Positions 24,250-35,413 of a stretch of DNA of 64,000 bases are shown in pieces. Origin of the DNA: Haliotis rubra (Eukaryota); NCBI RefSeq assembly GCF_003918875.1, contig NW_025766880.1, positions 930,001 through 994,000 of the forward strand, in the 5' to 3' direction. The position numbers and the translations under genes were made by a program. The notes beneath the pieces are model-generated. The model saw only the letters and a program-made list of their open reading frames with translations. It was not told where the DNA came from and ran no database searches. The number at the start of each line of letters is the position of its first letter. Position 1 is the first letter of the stretch.

Positions 24250-24335
24250 TTGAACGTGACCTCAGCTAACATGGCAAATGATCAACAACATTACTATGTA
24301 GTTCTGCCCTCGAGACTGTCCTAAAACCGTATTGT
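24250..24335 (+). pseudogene. Relic 5'UTR/exon 1 of a GST upstream of GST4
   Basis: GAACGTGACCTCAGCTAACATGGCAAAT (ATG 24271) matches the start context of GST3 and GST4; it continues MANDQQHYYV and then decays. Confidence 0.6.
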
Positions 24336-24847
24336 CCGTTTTCACTCAGGCCTTACTGTGATGCAAAAGCCCTAAATGAAGTAAGATATTCCACTGATTC
24401 TGAATCTCCCACCACACTGGGGTTCCTTTTTCTATTTAAATGGGGTTCTTTGCTTTTATCGTAATGATATATTCAGAGACTATGTGTAAATCATTTCTCT
24501 CTTCAGGACAGCCTTGATTTCCTCGGGGAATATTCTCCCTGCAGTGTTGTATTGTTCGATAAACATCTCCCCTCGTCGTATATTTCTAAAATGTATTTGA
24601 AGTATTTATAATTTAGTTATGTCGCTGGGGAGGAAGGAGGGGAACAACGCTGATACAATACCGTCTGAACACCGGGCCGTGGATATCGTCTACAAGCTCA
24701 AAGCAGGGACAGATGTCAATGAAATTCCTGTAAGTGTTACCTGACAATAAACTGCTCACGCTCGACCTCGACCTAACCAATAGCCGGGGTCACACTCTCA
24801 GGTCTGACCTGACACAGGCACAGTGTTTAGAGTGGAACGTGACTAAC

Positions 24848-27800
24848 ATGGCGAACATTGAGTTTTATTACTTTACGGGAAGCGGGCCATGCCGTTCTGT
24901 CCTCATGACAGCCAAGGCTCTTGGTGTACCACTCGAGTTGAAACAACTCGACTACTGGAACAAACAACATCTTAGCCCAGAGTTTACTGAGGTGAGTGAG
25001 TAAACAACAGACAACATGAATGTCGTTGGTCGTAAGACGAAACTAAATCACTATCGGGAATCATGCATATGATATAGTTCCTGAAGCCCTTTCCTTTTGC
25101 CCTGCAAGATTGGGAAGAATGTGTCCCCAGTGACCCACGTTTGGGTGAGCAACAGACTTGCCTTGGCGGCGTGAATAGGCCCCCATGTTTTCTGTCCCTT
25201 GTTTGTCAGAATATATGTCGAGAGATCGCTGATCAAACACCAATCCGCAACTGCTCACTTGAGGAGTGAGTGAGTGAGTGAGTGAGTGAGTTTAGTTTTA
25301 CGCCACACTCAGCAATATTCCACCTATATGGCAGCGGTATGACCAGACAATCCAGTGATCAACAGCATGAGCATCGATCTGCGCAATTGGGGACCGATGA
25401 CATGTGTCAACCAAGTCAGCGAGCCCGACCACCCGATCCCGTTAGTCGCCTCTTACGACAAGCACAGTCGCCTTTTGTGGCAAGCATGGGTTGCTGAAGA
25501 CCTATTCTACCCCGGGCTCACTTGAAGAGGTTCTGTTAGATATGAACCTCTGTAGAATGGATGCCTGCTGCAAACACACGACGTCCCATGTTTCAAGACT
25601 TACTCACTTCAAGTCCACTTCCTCAAATTAAGAATATTGTGAACACAAGATAAAAAAACGTTGTTGAAGGGGCAAAATTAAGAAGCTGTAAATTTATTCC
25701 CACCTATTTGTACATCCATTTAAAATACTCATTTGAGCAAAGTAATTGTTTTCTGTTGTGGAAAACAAAATGGATGAGTGGTAGATCTCGTGATTGGTGG
25801 AGCCAAGTTTTGTTACAGATCAGACGTCGACATGATGGCCAAAACTATGTTCTATGTGAATATATTTGCCCCATGTCGTTTGTCGATGTGTGGGTATTGG
25901 TGGCGATGGTGCAATAATATGATGGTTGTGGACAAGATGACATCTGCAACAGAAATAAATATGAATCCTGAAACATTTTCGAAAGTAATTTTGTGATGAG
26001 CAAATACGTTCATATGAGACTTTTAAATAAATTTACTTGTCTCTGTGTTTATTTGTGTTGCTTTTTTTAATAATACTGTAAAGATAAGAATCAATTTAAA
26101 ACCAACCAAACCTCGACAGCTCGTTAACTCAAAATACGGATTAAGACGATTATTCGAATGACCCTATCAAACTCATCATTGGCTGAAGTGTTTGATGAGC
26201 TCAAAATGCTAGCCTACAACTATTGATAACACTTTTAGCACCCGTCCCATGTACGGACTTCTACTTTAATTTGAAATTATCCCATGGTCAAAATGATTAT
26301 TTGTCAGGAGCTGGCAATACATACAGCTCTGTATGTCGACTGTTATATTCGATCGACATTTTATATGTCTCTGAACATAAGCGTATTGTAGGTTATATTT
26401 CAGCGTAATATTACATACTCGGGGCATGGAGCGAATTCTGCAGAGTCACTAGTCGTACAGCTGCCTTGGGGATTTTTTTGTGAATAGCAACGGTAGCATC
26501 CAACTAGATAACCCAGATTTTATGGGTCGTGGTGAAATCGGTTCGTACAAAGATAACGGGTTCAGTAACAGTGGTATCCTCCCATAGCCCTTATATCAGC
26601 ATGAGATAGTCTTTTACTCTCTCATGCTAGGGCAGTGGCTATTTTTTAACTATAATTATGAATTCAAATACATAGGCCTCACATAAATAAATTACATTAC
26701 AGTAGATTCAAAGTTGAAGAAATAAATACGGCTCTGTGTAATGATATCATTCCAATACAGATGACGTGTTTAACTATACTAGGCACATAAAGAAACTGTG
26801 CATACAAAACTTTAAAATCTAACTTTATCAAACCTGTGTAGACACATAAGGATTCAAACTCAGAGATTAGTGACATGTATCCAACATGCATGCACGTGCC
26901 ACGTTCCGTGACTGACGTCAGTGGGTTCGTCCTTGAGACGTGCAATACGTTGTTGCACGTTCATTCCGGGAAAGAGAAAAAGAGCAAATGAATGCCACAC
27001 AATACTGTCACTTTGGAAAGCTCAACCCCTGCCCTTGCGATCGTTCATAAAATTAAACGGATATTGAAACGCATAGCATGCCAAGGCTCACGTCTGCACA
27101 ACGTCATGAGGCCATTGGGATGGTCCGTGGGGGAATGTCTCAACAAGTGGCTGCACATGTCCACTGCCACCGGAACACCATTTCTGCTCTGGTGAGACGC
27201 TACCAGAACACAACGCCAAGACGGGACAGATGGATAAGGGTGACCCATCTTCGCCTAAGGTTTCAGACTGCAGTGATGGCTGCCCGAACCATCCCAGGAC
27301 TTCGCCGTATCCACCCCAACACAGTTCGACAACGTTTACGTCATCACGGGATCAGACCACGACGTCCCGTCATACGGCCTATCCTGACACAACGTCATCG
27401 ACAAGCTCGCCGAATGTGGTGCCGAAATCATGTCCGCAGACCCTTGTTTTGGTGGAGAAATGTTGTTTTTACAGATGAGTCCAGGTTTAACATTTCCCAT
27501 AGTGATGGACGTCTACGTGCCTATAGACGCGTGGGAGAACGTTATGCACAGGCCTGTGTCTTGGAGAGGAATCGCTTTGGTGGTGGTTCCGTGATGAGTT
27601 GGGGTGGAATAACAGCACGCCAAAGAACTCCTTTGGTGATTGTTCAGGGCAACTTAACTGGTGTGGGCTACAGGGATCAGATTCTTCGACCTGTGGCAAT
27701 TCCTTTTCTGCAACGTCATGGCCCTGGGTTAACATTCCAACAGGATAATGCCCGCCCTCATACGGCAAGGGTTGCTATGGATTTCTTGCAACACCACAGC

Positions 27801-30800
27801 GTTGACTTACTGCCTTGGCCTGCAAATTCACCGGATCTCTCCCCGATAGAGCATGTTTGGGACGAGATGGATCGACGTCTACGCCGTCTTCCTCATCCGC
27901 CAGATAACGTCCTTGACCTTGCAACAGAACTTGAGAGAATCTGGCGTGACATCCCACAAGCCTTCCTTGCACGTTTGATAGGCTCTATGCGTCGTCGACG
28001 CACAGCTGTTCTCAATGCCGATGGTGGACATACCCGTTATTGAGATTGTGACATGGTCGTTTGACCCCTGTCCCGCTTGTGGACTCGTGACGTCATTGTG
28101 ATTGACTTTTCAATTGAAATTCTCCCGACTTGTTATGGTCTCATGATCCCTCCATTAAAGTTTATATGTACCTTTGACACTGTTATCGTACTTATCAACT
28201 GGGATCATATTTTGACAATGCACAGTTTCTTTATGTGGCTTGTATATATCAGACTTTGACAATGAAGAACATCAATTTGAGGGGAATGGAACCGTTCCAT
28301 CGAGCTTGAACATTATATAGATGTAAACAACCCTAAACTGTAGTTTTGAAAGCATAGAAAGTTGGAGAGAACAATACCAATTAGTAAATTCACATTGAAG
28401 AGAAGGAAGCCAGACTTGATATATTTTCTGGTATTAAAAGACATAAAGAAGAAGAACATAAAGCTTTGTTTCCTAAAACCTAGATAGAGATCACCAAAAC
28501 CTTTTGTGCAGTATAATTATTGCTCCCACCATAGACACAGCATTAGAAAAACATTAAAATTAACAAAAGTTCAAAAGCAGTTGGAGTATTGAAAATTTGA
28601 ACATTTCACAAATTTACGGTTTTCAGTTGAGCGTATCACGCAATTCAGTTGGAATAAAAAGCATATAGGGATATTGTAACGTAAAATACAACACGGAAAA
28701 GGTGATCATATATTTGTGGACACACAGTGAGAAATCTGGTCGTGCCTGAGTGTGAATATTTTGCAGAAAATTAGTTCAGATATGGTACTAACTGAAAATA
28801 TGACTGTGTAGCGGATTTTATTGACTTTGTTTTTTCACAGTTGTAGACCCCAATGGTCCCAGTTAACTGAGAATGAGTGCGTAACGGTAACAGTCAAGAT
28901 ATTCCTTGTTATCAGTGATAGAGACAACCATCCATGTAACACTGCACAGTAACTCATAGAAAAGTAGCGTTCAAAATGCACGTCCAGAGAATTCCTGGTT
29001 CAAACTGAACTGCATAACTGACGTCACCTTGACTGGTCATATTCAGAAAGTCACGCAGGAAGCAAAAGCACTGTAAGTCCCCTTGATCCCCAGTAAGGTG
29101 GTCAAACTTTGGTTGTTACTGGTTTATAGCCTAGTTTTCATTGATAAGAACGAATCTATTGAATCTACTGTCTTCTTATTTTAATTATCATCATTTTAAA
29201 ACTGTGATATACCTACCTTTTTTACTGTCCTTTGTCGACAGACATTTTAAAATGATTACCTTGTTTTCATCGCTACATGGTTGTAATATTGCCGACGCGA
29301 TGTAAAATTAACTCACTCACTAATATTCAGAAAGGCGTTAAACACAAATGATGCATGCAATGAGTGAAGTTCAATGTATATTGAAACATTTCAGATAAAC
29401 CCGGATCAAACTGTCCCAACAATTAAAGATGGAGAATTCACACTTTGGGAGAGGTAAGGCCACACCACTAAAGTACATTCCCACAGTCCAAGCAATGTAT
29501 AGATTTTCCGTGAGTCCATATCTTGTGAAACAATTATTCACTGGTTTAAATATATGCAATCTAGGATTATAAACTCATTCTACCAAATTGGACAACTGAG
29601 AAATGTATTAACATCCCGTTTTTGTAAAGTCTTCTTCAACTGATCTGTCACATTCTGTGGTAAGAGGTTAAAATGCAGTACTACAGAAGGTGAATCATAG
29701 TTTGATACCGACAGTAAACAACGAATCTGCATATTTAAACTTAGATTCTGGTGTTCTGAAACTATTTTCACTTTATGAACAAATTATTTAACTTGGATAA
29801 ACTCATGTCACTGCAACATTATTATCACGCATCTGAGTCATATTTAGAAACTTTTTATGATAGTGTTGATGATAAAATGGCATTTGGTACATATGTTTGC
29901 ATTTGTTGCCATGGAACAGTTCGTCAACTCTCCTTATTCTGGAGATTCCCTGTGAATATGGTTAGGGTTTTACTGCTTTTGTTTATCCCTATACCAAATC
30001 TGCCCGTGATCATGGTTATTGTGATAACTGCACTTTGGTGTTTATTACCTGCATGTTTGATGCATGCCCTCGTATGCCTGCTGGGAAACCCCGTGTAGAC
30101 CCGAGTTAGAATTTATCTTCAGCAAATCATGCTTGTGGTCAGAGGCGACAAACAGGATCCGGTGATCAGGCTCGCTGACATGGTTGACACATGTCATCGT
30201 ATCCCAATCGCGTAGATCGATGCTCATGATGTTGACCACTGTAAATTGTCTGGTCCAGATGTATTTATTTACAGACCGATGACAAAGTGTTGGAATATTG
30301 CTGAGTGTGGCGGGAAGCATCAAACAAACAAAACAAAACAAACCTTCACGGAAATAGGACTGGACTATCGTCTTCCAGACTCGAGTAATTATGAAAGACC
30401 GTTATACCGTTGAAATATTTCCGAATGCCACCAGATTTGCCTGAAATCTCATGTAATGCATAGACACTAGTCAGCTGGAATGGTACTTGCTGTAAAATGA
30501 GTAGGATTACTAAAGTCTCTGCAGAAGAGCCCTAGAAGTTAATTTCCATCAAAGTGCCAATCATTGGTTATACCTTGTAATTCGAACTCCAATGCACCCA
30601 CATCTTTATGCTCTATTTTGTTCCACGTGGTGTCTTTAGTTAACCATTCGACGTTTCTTCAAACACTTGCTCACCACTAAATTGTGTCCACAGCCGAGCC
30701 ATCATGCGCTACCTGGTAGGGACGTATGGGGGTGAGGACAACAGCCTGTACCCCCAGGACCTAAAGAAGAGGGCAGAGGTGGACCGCCTCCTGGACTATG

Positions 30801-31653
30801 ACCTGGGGGTCTTCCACAGAACCATGTTGGAGGGTGTGGTCAGTACACAGCTATTGTTCCGTTAAATCACACGTAGCTCTTCACTCAACAAGGACACTTG
30901 TATTGCCAAGTCGACCCAATCAGGATTCCTAAGTACAGGTTACGAGTGCCCAATGTGCATGGCATGACAACTGAATTCTGTAACATAAGGTGTGACCCAT
31001 CCTCTGTCTGCAGTACAGGACAAGGATATACACCTTGTAACGAACAACAATTTAGCACTGAGACAATAACCTGCGACTAATTGTGCCTATTATACATGTT
31101 TATTTCTTAAATAGGCCAACGACCAACACGAAAAATACATTGTACATACTTTCGAAAGCGCATTGCCAACATTTGCCTCCCCCGCACCCAACCCCTTACA
31201 AAGACCTTTCGTGACAAAAAATAGCACTAAAAAGAAGATAGACATTCATGGATATGCGTCGATTACTCTATAAACAAATGAGTATATAACTATACAAATC
31301 CTCATTTCCTAGAGACAACACGAATCATATTGCTCCTGTTTCAGTGGATGCCGATGAAAGACAGAACCGAACCAACGAAAGAACAAGAGGAGAAGGTTGT
31401 CAAGGCTTTCACACGGATTGATACACTAGTCAAAGATAAGAAGTTCCTGACAGGAAATTGTCTCACCATTGCCGACTTTGCTATCGTAATTGGCTTTGGA
31501 GCCGAATACATCTATCGAGGGGATATGTCAAAGTACCCGAATGCCATGGCATGGTACAAGAGAATACAGGAATTACCGTACTATAAAGAAGTGAATCAGT
31601 CATATTATGACTTGGTGGAGTATATGAAAACACGACCAGCTGAAAAGTCCTGA
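24848..31653 (+). CDS. Glutathione S-transferase, Delta/Epsilon-like, paralogue 4 (218 aa)
   Basis: Exons 24848-24991 (MANIEFYYFTGSGPCRSV), 29395-29453, 30694-30838 and 31345-31653; open frame, GT-AG; AATAAA near 31854. Confidence 0.95.
26777..28244 (+). mobile_element. Tc1-family DNA transposon (1.47 kb) in GST4 intron 1
   Basis: TIRs TAC(T/A)AG(G/C)CACATAAAGAAACTGTGCAT at both ends, flanked by TA. Confidence 0.92.
27078..28043 (+). CDS. Tc1 transposase, DD34E (321 aa; GRPR linker deleted in frame)
   Basis: Motifs FTDESRF, FQQDNARPH and SPDLSPIEHVW, with 34 residues between the second D and the E. Confidence 0.92.
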   Translation: MPRLTSAQRHEAIGMVRGGMSQQVAAHVHCHRNTISALVRRYQNTTPRRDRWIRVTHLRLRFQTAVMAARTIPGLRRIHPNTVRQRLRHHGIRPRRPVIRPILTQRHRQARRMWCRNHVRRPLFWWRNVVFTDESRFNISHSDGRLRAYRRVGERYAQACVLERNRFGGGSVMSWGGITARQRTPLVIVQGNLTGVGYRDQILRPVAIPFLQRHGPGLTFQQDNARPHTARVAMDFLQHHSVDLLPWPANSPDLSPIEHVWDEMDRRLRRLPHPPDNVLDLATELERIWRDIPQAFLARLIGSMRRRRTAVLNADGGHTRY

Positions 31654-32716
31654 AAAGTCGTGAAACATTAGCAAAACATGAATACTTACAGATCCACTGA
31701 AGTGTAAAGATGACAAAAGAAGAGAAGAGGACCACAATATATTAGTAGAAGATTTTTTTTACATGTCAGTGTCACATCATTCATCTGTATAAACCAAAGT
31801 CGAATCCATTAACTAATGCTGGATCCCTATTGAATTGTTTCGGAAATGATGACAATAAAGATTTACAGCATATAGGTTGGCTGATATTTTTTGTAAAAAG
31901 ACCTATTTTGGCCAGTTCGATAATTTCAGTATTTTTGAGCGCATGTATCTACACTGAACACAACAGTGGTTGTTGTCTGTACACCTTTACACAATATTAG
32001 ATGTTAATCCCAAAAGTATGACAAATAATTTCGTGATCTGTTACAACTGGACCCCGGACAAGCTCTCAATTTCTGTAACGTGTCGAATCCCGACTTGAAA
32101 CAAACTTTTAACCTAGAAATCTAAACGCAAAATAATGTAGAATGAAGCCAAAAAATATTACAGAATTAACAAATGTATAAACTCAACTAAGCTTACAAAC
32201 GATACAGGTCACTACACTCACACATGCAGTCTAAACACCCTTTTCTGTCTATTAATTGTCTAGAAGAGTCTGGACCAGACAATCCAGTGATCAGCAGCAT
32301 GATCATCGATCTACGCAATTGGGATCAACCAAGTCAGCGAGCCTGACCACCCGATCCCGTTACTCGCCTCTTACGACAAACATGGGCTGCTGAAGACCAA
32401 CTGTAACCCGGATCTTAACTGGTCTCTAGAAGATTCCAAATTACACTTGACTCCAAAAGAACCCAAAATATAGTAGGTTAGATCGTGGTTCAATTCTGGG
32501 CACTAACTATTATTACAGCACAGTATCATGAATTTCTGCTAAATGTTAACAGAAACAATGCAATGCAATTACAACACCATAGCAAGAAGCGCCAATTATC
32601 TAATTACCTTCCATGTTATGTGCCTACAGTTGTTATGTTATCACTATCTGCTTCCTAGCTTTGCATTCATTATTTTTGTCACTTCTTTGAGTGGCATCTT
32701 AGAAGCTGGGAAGTTC

Positions 32717-32833
32717 AATATAGACAAACTTTATGGATAACAACTTAACAACATTCCTGCTTGACAAGAATCTGTATCGAAACGTCGCACTAACGAAATA
32801 GAGAAGTTGTTATCCATTAAGTTTGTCTATATT
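32717..32833. mobile_element. Palindromic Penelope-pLTR-like mini-element with a U3-A8 hammerhead remnant
   Basis: 30-bp terminal inverted repeats; internal TGC-TTGACAA-[deletion]-GAATCTGTATC-GAAACGTC-GCA. Confidence 0.65.
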
Positions 32834-33987
32834 ATTTTTGTGTCTTCAGATGTGCAGCAGCCAGGATTTACTGAGTCAGTTTGCTGCCTGCCGAGCGAAT
32901 GGAACAGTTCTTGTTGTTCGATATCTCTCCAGACGTATGTAAAGAGCGCTTCGTCATATACTGCCCACTGATAGTGGTAAATGACACAACAACCTACATG
33001 TAACAAAAGAAATACGAATCACCTGCAGTGAAGCCGTTAATCAGTGAAGCTCAACGTTTGTCGGCCATTGTGTAATACACATAGCCCCTGCTATACACGC
33101 GGTGAACAGGTGTGTCTGTCAGCTTAAATTACACGACCAAGTCTCATATATAAAACCATATATATTTTAAGAACCTGTTACATAAATGATTGAAGTTTTC
33201 GAGTAAAGACCCTTAAGAGGGAATTAAATTAATGACCTCAACAGTACACACCTTTGTCTGGTGATCATGAAAGTTGATGGTATATATATCGCTCGCCAAC
33301 TTCACTGATGGTAGAATGGGTGTGGTGTCTCCATTTGAATTTCATACCAGCTCTGGTCCTGGCTCACGTTACTGCGATTTGGTCAGGAGTCGTGGTTACG
33401 TGCGGAGCTGATACGAAAATCGAAGAAGTACACCACGCCCATTTTGGGTTAAATAATAATCATGCGCCTCAAGGGGGCGTTATTCTTTGGCACTTTTAGT
33501 GTACGTCGAATAGTCGATATATGGAGTATATTTTCTGTATTGATCCTGTTTATGTAGTTATTTCATTTATTGTTTGTGCATGAACCAATAATTTGTCACT
33601 CATTATCATTTCTGATTTTGACACTTTCGAGGATTCGGGGAAGGTTTGATAATATCTCGACCATTTTTCCCGTCAGTCGCATTGATTCCACCATCATAAG
33701 TTGTGATTTACTTTATTTCATCCTTGTTCTGGTAAGAAGCAGCGATGTGACCACTGCAATGACACGCACACACAGAAACACTCCATGGTGATGAGAAGAA
33801 GACACACAGGAATTTGTCCGATAAGTATGCCAATAATTCAAGATACTTTGTGTAATACTATAATCATAAGAATCAATTTAAAACCAACCAAACCTCGTTA
33901 ACTCAAAATACGGAATAAGACGAATATTCGAATGAGCCTATCAAATTCATCATTGGCTGAAGTGTTTGATTAGGGCAAAATACTAGC

Positions 33988-34632
33988 CTATATGGTATGG
34001 GGTGGAATAGGCCTGAACCACAGAGTGGGTCCTGTGGTGTTCCAGAACCTTTGTCCAGGGAGAGGAGGCGGCATCACAGCGGTGCGCTACATCGACCAAG
34101 TTCTCAGACCCCACGTCATACCACATTTCGCACGTGACCGGAACAACATTTTCCAGCATGATAACGCCCAGGCCCATACTGCCAGAGCTACACGGGACTT
34201 CCTACAGCAGAACAGTGTCACCATTATGCAGTGGCTAGCCCTTAGTCCTGATTGAAACCCAACTGAACATCTTCGGGATGAAATTCAGAGGAGACTGAAT
34301 AATGTCATACCAAGGCCGAACACAGCCGATTTAGTGCGCCAGGCCTTTCCCAGAGTGTGGTTCAAGGTGCCAATGGCCTTCATCAATCGATTGGTGCACT
34401 CCACGCTGTGCTGCAGTCATTGTGGTCACACTAGATACTGAAGTCAAGAGTCTGAATGGACTGCAAACGTGCACGTAATGTCTTAAAAAGGTGCGTTATT
34501 CATTGATGCGTCAAGATATTGTACACATAAAATGTTTTTGATCCGCTTATTATGTCCATTTCTGTAATTATTTGATTACAGTGCCTATCTAATTTTGAAT
34601 TCGTACTGACGTTTTCTTTGCTGCTGAGTATA
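33988..34632 (+). mobile_element. 5'-truncated Tc1 relic
   Basis: MVWGGI..RYIDQVLRPHV..FQHDNAQAH..WLALSPD*NPTEHL..GHTRY*; probable right TIR ending ...GCTGAGTATA. Confidence 0.85.
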
Positions 34633-35413
34633 TATATATATTAAGGATTTGCGACCCAAAGCAGATTAATGTGTCCTGATTCTGCTTAGAACAGTGGACG
34701 ACATTCGCGCTTTGTATTTGGACCCCTGGTCTCTGAAGACCTGGATCATATGGAGAGACACAGAACATCCTACTCAACGAATCCCTGGACTGCTGTAACC
34801 CCATGAAAGTGTTAGTTACATATGCGTCAGTAATCTACCATGAGGGCAGTGGGAATCCCACTTTATCAATAACTAATATGCTCTATGGCCTATGTTACCT
34901 GTATATTTTCATTTTCTGATCATAATAACTCCATCAACTCATGAGCTTTGCTAGAACAATACGTTTGGAATCACTGTTGAGGACAAGATAATCACAGGTC
35001 ATCATATCCATTAATATTATGGTCACTCAGTGCTTCAATATGCATTATTGTCTGAATGCTGTGATATGTTGGGTCGTGTCCGTCAACATCTAAACATGCC
35101 CATTGAAGCTATGATTAAACCGAAAGTGGATGTGATAGGAGGGTGTTCCTTTGTGTCAGAGACGGTGCCGACAATACTGCTATTAAGTTGGGTTTAACTA
35201 CGCCGGTGACCATGCAAGCAAATCAGGCTATAATCAGAAAAAGAAATCAGCTTTTTATAAGGAATGAGATGGGATGGGGGCATTGTTGATTGGAGTACTG
35301 ATTACTGTAGCGTTGGAGCACCAGTTGCAGATCACAACCAGTGAGGCAATCTTTGGGTCCATTTCATCAGTACATGAACTTGATTGGGAGCAGGACTGAG
35401 AGCAGGCTGTGCA

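Noticed and set aside
24255-24267. Antioxidant response element GTGACCTCAGC
   Set aside because: Spacing does not fit TGACnnnGC, and it is part of the relic 5'UTR.
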